64,000 nt of DNA from contig JBKAGP010000001.1 in NCBI GenBank assembly GCA_046290465.1, positions 160,001-224,000 on the forward strand. The letters are read 5' to 3'. The translations under genes and the position numbers were made by a program. Below are positions 41,205 through 49,612 of this stretch, piece by piece (the stretch's first letter is position 1; each line of letters opens with the position of its first letter). The notes beneath the pieces were generated by a model that was given only the letters and a program-made list of their open reading frames with translations, had not been told where the DNA came from and did no database searches. This stretch comes from Planctomycetota bacterium. GTDB taxonomy: Bacteria > Planctomycetota > UBA1135 > UBA2386.

Positions 41205-41446
41205 TAAGCTTCCCTCGGTTTGGTGGACAGCCGGGTTAGGCTGCCGAAGCAGCGTTGAAGTTGTCCTCGAACTCGGCCGGGCACACGTGTCCCAGTCGCG
41301 AGTGTCGACGACGGCGGTTGTAGAACACCTCGATGTATTCGTGAATGGCTGACCGCACAGAATCGCGCGTGGGCCAGGTAGACCGGTAGATCAGTTCGGT
41401 CTTCAAGGTCCCGAAGAAGCTCTCGACGACAGCGTTGTCGTAGCAC
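41205..41446 (-). mobile_element. IS3-family remnant (transposase C-terminus plus putative right end)
   Basis: CYDNAVVESFFGTLKTE...YIEVFYNRRRRHSRLG..PAEFE; TGTCCACCAAACCGAGGGAAGCTTA end-like sequence at 41205-41229. Confidence 0.8.
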
Positions 41447-41564
41447 TTCGTGTGCACGGTCGCGGCCACTCGTCGCACCGCGCTGGCCAAAACGCCTTGG
41501 CCAAGAAGAGTTGCGGCGAGGCTCCGCGCGCTGACCTACTGGCCCGTGGCCAGTCTGCGGTCTT

Positions 41565-42005
41565 CTAGAAGGGGATGTCGCCGTAGTCGACTCCGCTTTC
41601 CCCACTGCTCTCGTCGGGGCCGCTGTCCTCTGGGTCACCGACGGCGCCGTCCGTGCGTTCGAGCGCCTTCTCGATTTCCTCGAGTCGCTTGTCAATCCCG
41701 GTAGCTCCGCGCTTCGCGGCATGCAGGAGATCGACCAGCTTGATGTAGTCATCCAGTTCGTCGGGGGTTCCCTCGATCGAGAAGCTGTCGATGAGGATCC
41801 GCTGCCGCCTGTTGCGGGGCTTCTCGACGATCCCGAGGGCGACGAACTCGGCTCCGTCACTGCCCTCTCCTTCCCAGAGGTGGACGCCGGAGCTGCCTAG
41901 CCAGAGCACAACGCCTCCGCGCCACTCATGCCAACGAGCCTGCTTCTTGGTGGTCGTGTTGATTAGTTTCTGCACGAGGCCCTCGTATTCCTTCGGGATG
42001 GTCAT
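41565..42005 (-). CDS. Hypothetical 146-aa protein with an acidic tail ending DIPF
   Basis: ATG overlaps the upstream stop (ATGA); C-terminus GPDESSGESGVDYGDIPF. Confidence 0.7.
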   Translation of the reverse strand: MTIPKEYEGLVQKLINTTTKKQARWHEWRGGVVLWLGSSGVHLWEGEGSDGAEFVALGIVEKPRNRRQRILIDSFSIEGTPDELDDYIKLVDLLHAAKRGATGIDKRLEEIEKALERTDGAVGDPEDSGPDESSGESGVDYGDIPF

Positions 42006-42613
42006 TGGTTCGCCTTGACCCTTGAGATCGAATGGCCGGACATTAGTTCGAGTTCGTCGTGAACGGCGTAGAGCATGAGTTCAAGTTCCGCCAGACGCGC
42101 GGCTCCTAGAGCGTCTTTTGCGAGGTCGAAGACGAACTCGCCGACGCGTTCGCGCAATTCGCGGACAGTCTTGGCTTGCTCGGTTCCGTGGTTTGTTCCT
42201 TCGTAGCGTGACATCGCAGCCATCAACTCGCGGGCCGCAGTGCGCTTCGTTCTCTTGCCGTTCTGCGACAGCTCAGCGATCAGTGCCTTAGCGCGGCCGC
42301 AAAGGTGTTCAAGGTCGACGACACCCTGGAACATCTTGATCTTGCCGAGCGCCTCCCTGGCTGCGGCGCTCGCCGCGCCGGCCGAGCTGTCCGCATCCTT
42401 GGCGGCGCTTCTTGCTTCTCGGGCTGCCTTCTTGGCTTGCCCCATCTGCCAGAAAACAAGGGCGAGCGACAGGATGCCGATGGGGAATCCGAGAATCGTG
42501 GCCCACCAAGCGAGGGCCTGGGCTCCTTCCGATAACTCCTCCGGGATCCTCACAGCGAAATCGTGCAACCCCGCCTTCTGATTTTCCAGTGGGGCAGGAC
42601 GGCCGCTTAGCAT
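42002..42613 (-). CDS. Hypothetical single-TM helical protein (start uncertain; GTG 42553 possible)
   Basis: TM segment WWATILGFPIGILSLALVFW followed by an Ala-rich coiled region; coupled to the downstream gene. Confidence 0.6.
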   Translation of the reverse strand: MLSGRPAPLENQKAGLHDFAVRIPEELSEGAQALAWWATILGFPIGILSLALVFWQMGQAKKAAREARSAAKDADSSAGAASAAAREALGKIKMFQGVVDLEHLCGRAKALIAELSQNGKRTKRTAARELMAAMSRYEGTNHGTEQAKTVRELRERVGEFVFDLAKDALGAARLAELELMLYAVHDELELMSGHSISRVKANQ

Positions 42614-43770
42614 GCCGCGGCAGCGACCTTCGCGGCTGCAGCGAAATCGGCCTCGGCGTAGACCTCGGTCATCGCCGCGGACGTGTGCCCCAACAGCACG
42701 CGCGCGACCTCAATGCCGTGCTGCTTGCGGAAGCGCGTGGCGGCCGCGTGGCGCAGTTGGTAGGGCGTCCACGCCGGAGTCGACTTCCTGCCACGGAGTG
42801 CGCGACGCCGGTCTTAGCGTGCCACGGCGCGTCGCATGGCCTTACCGAGTGCCTGCGCGTCGTAGGTGTCGCCCGGCGGGCGCGCCGCTTCGACGCCTTG
42901 GCCGATCGGCGTCACCGCGTCCTTCGGCGAGAACAGCGTGCGCTTCGCGGGCCGGAGCATGAGCGGGCGCAACGTTTCCTGCGCGGCGGCGCCGAAGAAC
43001 AGGACCCGCCGGTGTCCCTTGGCCGCCGTCATGTGAGCCGTCAGCTCGCCCTTCCACGTCTCGCCGCGCTGGTCGATGTCGCGGGGGCGCAGGTCGAACA
43101 GCTCGGATGGCCGCGCACCCGTGACCGGTGCCGACAATTCGTCGAGCACCGGTCGAACGTGGACCCATCGAACGGGGTGGTGCTTCACGCTGCCGCGCGT
43201 GTCCTCGCGGCCGGTTTTCGCGGCCTGCAGCGCGTGGTGCACGCTCGCGGGTAGCAACTCCTCGGAGACCGACCAGCGGAACACGTCGAGCACGACGTGG
43301 CGCTTCTCGCGCGCGGTCTTGACGCAGATGCGCAGGCGGTCGGGGCGCGTTACGGCGTGGGTCACGAAGTTCTTGAGGGTAGTCGGGCCGGCGGTGCTCG
43401 CGTCGATCGACTCACCGAGCCACGACGCGAACTCGCGCGCGTTGTAGCTCAGGTCCCGGCCATTCCGCTGGCACCACGCTGCGCCGTGGTCGCTGCGCTC
43501 GTGCTCGAGGTAGCGTTCGACGAGGTCGCCGATCGGGAGCGGGCCGGGGCTCTCCGGCACCGGTGCCGGCGTGGTCGCCTCCGCGAACGTGCGGCCGTTG
43601 GCGAGCCACTCGGCCAGGTCTTACTCGAACAGCGCGCGGCCTTCCGCGTCGCCCCATCGGCCGTAGGTTCGCTGCCGGGTCGTGTCACCGAGGCGAAAGC
43701 TGGCGCACTGGTAGACCGTGCCGCGCACCGACTGTCGGCGCAGGGTGGGGAGGTGGTTCTTGCGAGTCAT
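42607..43770 (-). pseudogene. Tyrosine recombinase/phage integrase pseudogene
   Basis: TGARPSEL, then WTPYQLRHAAAT, LLGH and TEVY in a continuation past the stop at 42814; in-frame TAA at 43621-43623. Confidence 0.88.
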
Positions 43771-43905
43771 CGCGTCGTCCTTGGGGTCCGGTGTCAGAGT
43801 CCGTTCGTGTGCACACGTGTGCACAAGCTCTCGAACAGGCCCCAAGTCGCGCGCGTCGCAAATGCGACGGATCCGCCCAAGGTGAGCGATCGACAAGAAT
43901 TGAGT

Positions 43906-43982
43906 TGGTCGGGCCGAGAGGATTCGAACCTCCGACCTACTGGTCCCAAACCAGCCGCGCTACCAAGCTGCGCCACGGCCCG
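43906..43982 (-). tRNA. tRNA-Pro (anticodon TGG)
   Basis: CGGGCCG acceptor stem, AGCTTGGTAGC D-loop, anticodon loop TTTGGGA, GGTTCGAATCC T-arm, encoded CCA; 77 nt. Confidence 0.97.
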
Positions 43983-44184
43983 ACACGCAGCACACTACCG
44001 CCGCCACCCCGGCCAGAAAACCCGGCCGCTCCCTACTTCCCATGCCACCGGCCACCCGTCACCGCACCGCCACCAGCCCCTCCCCGGACCCCACCCGACA
44101 CCACAACCGACCCTGCTGCCCTCCGCCACCCTCCCCGCTACAATCCCCACCCCTCTCGTCTCCCGCCCTGCCCGCGTAGACACC

Positions 44185-45969
44185 ATGCAAAGCGAACGTC
44201 CCCGACGTGCCGCGCGGTCCTTGCACGCCGCCGCCACCAGCGCACGACTCCTCCTCCTCCTGATCGCGACGCTCGCACCGTTCGCCTCCGCCAACGCCCA
44301 GCAGGCCCGGCTCGCGCCGCCCAATCTGCTGGCGCTGTTCGAAGTCGGTGCCGGCACGCTGCAGTCGCTGTCCCTGCCGGGCTCGCCGCAGGACAGCCTG
44401 CGGGTTCCGGTCGTGCTCGGTGGCGTCCCCTACACGCTCGCGCTCGCGCCGCACGATGTGCGCGCGGCCAACTTCCAGCTGTTCGAACGAACGGCGCAAG
44501 GGCTGGTGCTGCATCCGACGCCCGACTGTGTGACGTTCCGCGGCTCGCTGGTCGAGCAGCCCAATGCGCGGGTGGCGGCGACGGTGGTCGACGGGACGCT
44601 CGAGGGCATGGTGTTCCTGCCGCCGACGGGGCCCGGGCTCAACGGGGAGACGTGGGTGGTGCAGCCGGTGCGGCGCGTCGATCCGCGTGCCAGTGCTTCG
44701 CTGCACATCGTCTTCCGCGCGACGGACACCAACCCGTTGCCATACCAATGCGGCACCGACACGACCGGGCTGTCGGTCGCGACGCCGGTCGGCTCGCCCG
44801 ACTACACGGCGGTGTGCGAGATCGCGATCGAGGCCGACCGGCAGTTCTGGCAGTGGAACAACAACAGCGTCACGCAGACGCAGAACGACGTGACGTCGGT
44901 GATGAACCAGGTCGACTTCATCTACGACCGCGATTGTGACACCACGTTCTTGGTGACGTCGCTGATCGTGACGACCACGACGGTCTACACGACCAACGAC
45001 TCGAGCGCGCTGCTGAGCCAGTTCAGCAACTACTGGAACACCAACAACGCGTCGATCCAGCGCGACATCGCGCACCTGTTCACCGGGCGCAACCTGACCG
45101 GCTCGACGATCGGCGTCGCCTACCTCGGCGTGATCTGCAGCCAGACCAACGGCTACGGGCTGTCGCAGTCGGACTTCACCAACAACTTCAACAGCCGCGT
45201 CGGCCTGACCTGCCACGAGCTCGGCCACAACTTCGGGGCGCCGCACTGCAACGGCAACTCGCCGTGCTACATCATGTGTTCGGGGCTCGGTGGCTGCAGC
45301 AACAACGTGACGCTGTTCTCGCCGGCGGTCGCGGCGCAGATCGACAGCGCGGCGCACGCGGCGTCGTGCATGCCGCCGCCGGCGACGGCGCCGGTTCTGA
45401 CCTCGGCCAGCACGCCGACGGTGACGACGTTCGCGCCGGGCAGCGTCACGCTGCAGGGCTCGGGGTTGCTGACGGTCGACAGCTACACGGTCGGTGGACA
45501 GACGTCGACCAGCGGCATCGTCGTGGTCAGCGACACTGCGCTGTCGGTCGCGATGCCGCAGGGCACGGCGCTCGGGCCGACCACGATCACGGTCAGCAAC
45601 CCGCTGGGCACCAGCAACGCGCTGACCGTCGACTACGTGGTGACGCAGCCACCCAAGCTGCGTGCGACGACGCTGGTGCCGTCGACCGGCGGCATCGCCA
45701 GCTACGACTTCGGTGGCACGCCGGGCAACCAGTGGTTCCTGGTGCTCGGCATCCTGCCGCAGACCGCGCCGCTGCAGGGCTTCGACCTGCTCGCCAACCC
45801 GCTGCTGCTCAGCTTCGGAACGTTCTCGGCGCCGCTCGGCATCGAGAACTGGTCGGTGCCGGTGCCGGCCGGGCTCGGGGTGCTGCAGTTCTACTTCCAG
45901 GTGCTGGAGGGCGACCCGTCCGGCGTGGCGACCGGCGTGTCCAACCTGACGACGACGATCCTGCAGTAG
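44185..45969 (+). CDS. Secreted M12/reprolysin-like zinc metallopeptidase with IPT/TIG-like domain and a divergent C-terminal module
   Basis: HELGHNFGAPH zinc motif, Met-turn YIM, Cys-switch-like YQCG, signal peptide. Confidence 0.88.
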   Translation: MQSERPRRAARSLHAAATSARLLLLLIATLAPFASANAQQARLAPPNLLALFEVGAGTLQSLSLPGSPQDSLRVPVVLGGVPYTLALAPHDVRAANFQLFERTAQGLVLHPTPDCVTFRGSLVEQPNARVAATVVDGTLEGMVFLPPTGPGLNGETWVVQPVRRVDPRASASLHIVFRATDTNPLPYQCGTDTTGLSVATPVGSPDYTAVCEIAIEADRQFWQWNNNSVTQTQNDVTSVMNQVDFIYDRDCDTTFLVTSLIVTTTTVYTTNDSSALLSQFSNYWNTNNASIQRDIAHLFTGRNLTGSTIGVAYLGVICSQTNGYGLSQSDFTNNFNSRVGLTCHELGHNFGAPHCNGNSPCYIMCSGLGGCSNNVTLFSPAVAAQIDSAAHAASCMPPPATAPVLTSASTPTVTTFAPGSVTLQGSGLLTVDSYTVGGQTSTSGIVVVSDTALSVAMPQGTALGPTTITVSNPLGTSNALTVDYVVTQPPKLRATTLVPSTGGIASYDFGGTPGNQWFLVLGILPQTAPLQGFDLLANPLLLSFGTFSAPLGIENWSVPVPAGLGVLQFYFQVLEGDPSGVATGVSNLTTTILQ

Positions 45970-46087
45970 CGGCGGCGACCCGGCGGGCGGGCGGTCTGGT
46001 ATCGTGGCGCGGCGGCGACGCCGCCCTCGATCCTCGTTTCCCCTGCGGCCGCGGCGACGTTCGCGGCCCGACCCCAGACGGTCCGCC

Positions 46088-47245
46088 ATGAACTCCGCGC
46101 CCCCGTGCTCGTGGTCCGTGCCGCGCTGCGCCATGCTCGCCGCGCTGCTGTCCGCTCCGCTCCTGGCCCAATACTCCGGCGAGTGGCCGCTCGATGCCGG
46201 CAGCGGTGGCATCACCGCCGACATCTCCGGCAATGCCAATGACGGCACGCTGAACAACTTCGGGCCGACGCCGTGGCTGCCCGGCAGCTTCGGCAACGCG
46301 CTGGCGTTCGACGGCGTCGACGACTACGTCAGCCTCGCGGACCAGACGTCGGTCTACGACGGCCTCGGCTCGCCGTACTCGATCTCGTACTGGATCAAGG
46401 CGCCGGCGCAGCAGAACTCGTTCGTCTACGCCGAGGGCACGATCGGCACGATCGCGATCCTGATCTTCGGTAGCGGGCAGTACCTGCCCGACGCCGACAA
46501 GTTCCGCGTCTACTGCCGCAACGACCAGGGGGACGTGCCGTTCACCGGGGTGTCCAACGCGGTCGTCTACGACGACACGTGGCACCACGTGACGTTCGTC
46601 GACGTCTCCGGGCAGATCACGCTCTACGTCGACGGCGTCGTCGACACCGGCAACATCGCCTACGACCCGGCGCGGCTGCCCGGCATGCCGGGGCACGGCA
46701 CGTTCTCCAACAACACCGCGTCGGTGGGAGCGCTGCGGCGCGGAACGGTCTGCTGCAACATGAACGGGCTGGTCGACGACCTGCGGGTCTATCGCTTCGC
46801 GATGACCCAGACCGACGTGCTGCTGGCGATGAACGGCGTGCCGCTGCTGCCGCCGTCGGCGAGCATCGGCGAATACGGCACCGGCTGCGGTGCCGGGCCG
46901 CTCGACCTGGCCGGCAGCGGCAGCGCTGTGCTGGGCGGGCCGGGGCTGCAGCTCGACCTGCAGCAGGGGCGGCCGGGCGCGCTGGCGTTCGTCGTCTGTG
47001 GCCTGGGCGACCTCCTGCCGGTCGACCTCGGCGTCGCGGGCTTTCCGGGGTGCACGCTCTACCCGCAGCAGTTCGCGTCGGCCTACCTCGGGCTGGTCGA
47101 TCCGGTCGGCAGCGCACCGGGGTTCCTGTTCGCGTTCCCGCCCGATCCGGCGCTGACCTACCAGCAGCTCAACTGCCAGGGCGTGACGCTGGACGCGGCC
47201 GCGGTCGAGTTCTCGGACGTCGTGATGGCGGTGCTCGGCGGGTAG
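46088..47245 (+). CDS. Secreted LamG/concanavalin-like domain protein with shared C-terminal module
   Basis: ADISGNANDGTL, ALAFDGVDDYV, WHHVTF, LYVDG, GLVDDLRVY. Confidence 0.85.
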   Translation: MNSAPPCSWSVPRCAMLAALLSAPLLAQYSGEWPLDAGSGGITADISGNANDGTLNNFGPTPWLPGSFGNALAFDGVDDYVSLADQTSVYDGLGSPYSISYWIKAPAQQNSFVYAEGTIGTIAILIFGSGQYLPDADKFRVYCRNDQGDVPFTGVSNAVVYDDTWHHVTFVDVSGQITLYVDGVVDTGNIAYDPARLPGMPGHGTFSNNTASVGALRRGTVCCNMNGLVDDLRVYRFAMTQTDVLLAMNGVPLLPPSASIGEYGTGCGAGPLDLAGSGSAVLGGPGLQLDLQQGRPGALAFVVCGLGDLLPVDLGVAGFPGCTLYPQQFASAYLGLVDPVGSAPGFLFAFPPDPALTYQQLNCQGVTLDAAAVEFSDVVMAVLGG

Positions 47246-47247
47246 GG

Positions 47248-47346
47248 GGCGCAGGATGAACCCGGTTCGGTATGCGGCGCGGAGGGGCGCAGGATGAACC
47301 GGGTTCGGTATGTGGGGTCACAGGATGAACCGGGTTCGGTATGTGG
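47248..47346. repeat. REP-like cluster, three direct copies between convergent genes
   Basis: (GGCG)CAGGATGAACC(C/G)GGTTCGGTATG(C/T)GG at 47248, 47286 and 47321. Confidence 0.92.
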
Positions 47347-47348
47347 GG

Positions 47349-49532
47349 TCAGCGGGGTTGGAGGTGGTGGAGGAGGTAGGTGCGGAGCTTGCGGAGGAAG
47401 TGGGCGCGGTGGTGGCCGCGCAGGCCGTGCAGCTGCTGGGGGTAGGGGAAGTAGTCGAGGTCGGTGCCGGCGGCGATGCAGCGGTCGACGAACTGCAGGG
47501 TGTGGCTCCACATCACGGTGCGGTCGTCGCTGCCGTGCACGAGCAGCAGCGGTCGCTTCAGGCGGCCCGCGAGCGGCAGGCAGCTCGAGGCGGCGAAGCC
47601 GTCGGGGTTCTCGGCGGGCGAGTCCATGTAGCGTTCGGTGTAGCCGGTCTCGTACATGGCCCAGTCGGTCACCGGCGCTCCGCTGATGCCGCAGGCAAAC
47701 GCCTCGGGGTGCAACAGCATCAGCCGCAGCGTCATGTAGCCGCCGAACGACCAGCCGTGCACGCCGATGCGCCCCCCGTCGACGAACGGCTGCTGCTTCA
47801 GCCACGCGATCGCGCGCATCTGGTCCTCGACCTCGACGGTGCCGAGGTGGCGGTGGATCTTCTGCTCGAACTCGATGCCGCGGTTGGGGGTGCCGCGGTT
47901 GTCGAGGCGGCAGACGACGAAGCCGTCGGCGGTCAGGGCCTGCAGCCAGCCGGCGGCGCCGCCAAACCACTGGTCCTTGACCAGCTGGGCGTGGGGGCCG
48001 CCGTAGACGTAGTGCAGCACCGGGTAGCGCTGCTTCGGATCGAAGTCGGCCGGCAGCGCCAGGTGGCCGTAGAGCACGGTGCCGTCCTCGGCCTCGACCT
48101 CGAAGAACCGCTGGCCCGGCAGGCGGAACTTCTCCAGCGGGTTCTCCGGCTGCGGCAGCGCGGTCGTCTCGCCGCTCTGCAGCTCGAGCAGGCGCGCCCG
48201 CGGCATCTGCTCCAGGTTGGACCAGACGACGCTGGCGCGCTGCGCGTCGGGCGACAGTTCGACCTGGTGCGTGCCGCGTTCGCGGGTCAGGCGCCGCTGG
48301 CCGTCGACCGTGACCTCGGCCGAGAACAGGTGCAACTGGCGCGGGTCCTCGCCGGCCGCGGTGAACCACACGCGGTTGCCGTTGGCGGCGACGTGCAGCA
48401 GCGCCTGCACGTCGAAGTTGCCGTCGGTCACCTGCCGCACCAGCTTGCCGTCCGCCTCGTGCAGGAACAGGTGGCGGTAGCCAGAACGGTTGGACCACCA
48501 CAGGAACCTGCCGCCCGGCAGCGACACGGCCGGGTGCTCGGGCTCGATCCACTCGCGGTCGTGCTCGCGCAGCAGCGTGCCGAGCCTCGCGCCGGTGCGC
48601 GGATCGAAGCGCACCAGCTCGACGTGGTCCTGGCCGCGGTTGACCTGGCTGACCAGCAGCTTGCCGTCCTGCGCGAACGTCAGGTTGGTCCAGTAGACGT
48701 CGGCGTCGGGGTCGCTCGCCATCGGCGTGACGCGGTAGTCGGTCGTGTCGCAGACCAGCACCTGCACGCGGCTGTGCGCGCGGCCGGCCATCGGGTAGCG
48801 GCCGCGGCGCGGCGCCGGCGGCATGGCGGTCGCGTCCTGGTAGGGATACGGCGCGATCGGCCGCAGGTCCTCGCGGTAGAACGCCAGGTAGCGGCCGTCC
48901 GCCGACCAGAACATGCCCTGCGTGATGCCGAACTCGGCGCGGTGTGCGGCGCCGCCGTAGACCACGTCCTCGCTGCCGTCGAACGTCAGCTGGTGCAGCT
49001 CGCCCTGCCGGTCGTGCAGCCACAGCTGGTGGTCGCGGCGCACCGCCGCGTGGCCGTCGCCCGGCGCCAGCTGCAGCATCGGCTCGCCGAACGCCGACGA
49101 GTCCTTGGCCGGTGCGTTCCACGACAATTGGCGGGTCGCCTCGCTCGCGCCGAGGTCCCAATGCCAGACCGAACGGTCGTAGACGATCCGCAGCGTGTCC
49201 GGATCGAGCCATGACACCGGCGGAAACCGCGCCGGCGCCTTCGACGCGTCCATCGGCAGCACCGCCCGGACCGCGGCGGCGGTCGCGGCCGGCGTGTCGA
49301 CGACCTTGCCGTCGACGATCCGGTGCAGCGCCTGGCCCTGGTCGCCGTGGTCGAGGATCACCGTCGCGTCATGACCGCCCGGCAACCACAGCACCTGCGG
49401 CGAAGGCGCGGCGAGAGCGGGGCCACGCTGCAGCACGGTGGCCAGCGTCAGTTTGGGCGCCTCCTGTGCCGATGCATGGCAGGCAAGCCACAGGGGGGTG
49501 AGAATCCAGAGGCGGCGATACGACCGGAACAT
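47349..49532 (-). CDS. Dipeptidyl-peptidase IV (S9B family)
   Basis: VYGGP, DNRGT, GWSFGG nucleophile elbow, VHGSDDRTV, His motif QLHG. Confidence 0.92.
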   Translation of the reverse strand: MFRSYRRLWILTPLWLACHASAQEAPKLTLATVLQRGPALAAPSPQVLWLPGGHDATVILDHGDQGQALHRIVDGKVVDTPAATAAAVRAVLPMDASKAPARFPPVSWLDPDTLRIVYDRSVWHWDLGASEATRQLSWNAPAKDSSAFGEPMLQLAPGDGHAAVRRDHQLWLHDRQGELHQLTFDGSEDVVYGGAAHRAEFGITQGMFWSADGRYLAFYREDLRPIAPYPYQDATAMPPAPRRGRYPMAGRAHSRVQVLVCDTTDYRVTPMASDPDADVYWTNLTFAQDGKLLVSQVNRGQDHVELVRFDPRTGARLGTLLREHDREWIEPEHPAVSLPGGRFLWWSNRSGYRHLFLHEADGKLVRQVTDGNFDVQALLHVAANGNRVWFTAAGEDPRQLHLFSAEVTVDGQRRLTRERGTHQVELSPDAQRASVVWSNLEQMPRARLLELQSGETTALPQPENPLEKFRLPGQRFFEVEAEDGTVLYGHLALPADFDPKQRYPVLHYVYGGPHAQLVKDQWFGGAAGWLQALTADGFVVCRLDNRGTPNRGIEFEQKIHRHLGTVEVEDQMRAIAWLKQQPFVDGGRIGVHGWSFGGYMTLRLMLLHPEAFACGISGAPVTDWAMYETGYTERYMDSPAENPDGFAASSCLPLAGRLKRPLLLVHGSDDRTVMWSHTLQFVDRCIAAGTDLDYFPYPQQLHGLRGHHRAHFLRKLRTYLLHHLQPR

Positions 49533-49612
49533 GGTCGAACATCATCGCCACGATTCCTCATCGACGCCACGGTTGCACCGCCATCGACCCTGCCGCAGTA
49601 TCCGACGCGTCC

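Larger units (their letters stand above)
41031..43922. mobile_element. Degenerate integrative islet (~2.9 kb) at tRNA-Pro(TGG)
   Basis: Flanking 20-bp direct repeats, integrase pseudogene next to the tRNA, lower-GC cargo. Confidence 0.8.

Noticed and set aside
38700..43900. Prophage
   Set aside because: No structural, terminase or replication genes; only a decayed integrase and cargo
43297..44184. N-terminal extension of the 890-aa ORF across the tRNA
   Set aside because: Runs antisense through the integrase remnant and tRNA-Pro; the signal peptide supports a start at 44185
47248..47346. CRISPR array (three ~30-bp direct repeats with an internal palindrome)
   Set aside because: Spacers are only 5-8 nt, there are no cas genes, and the same unit flanks a RAYT-like transposase
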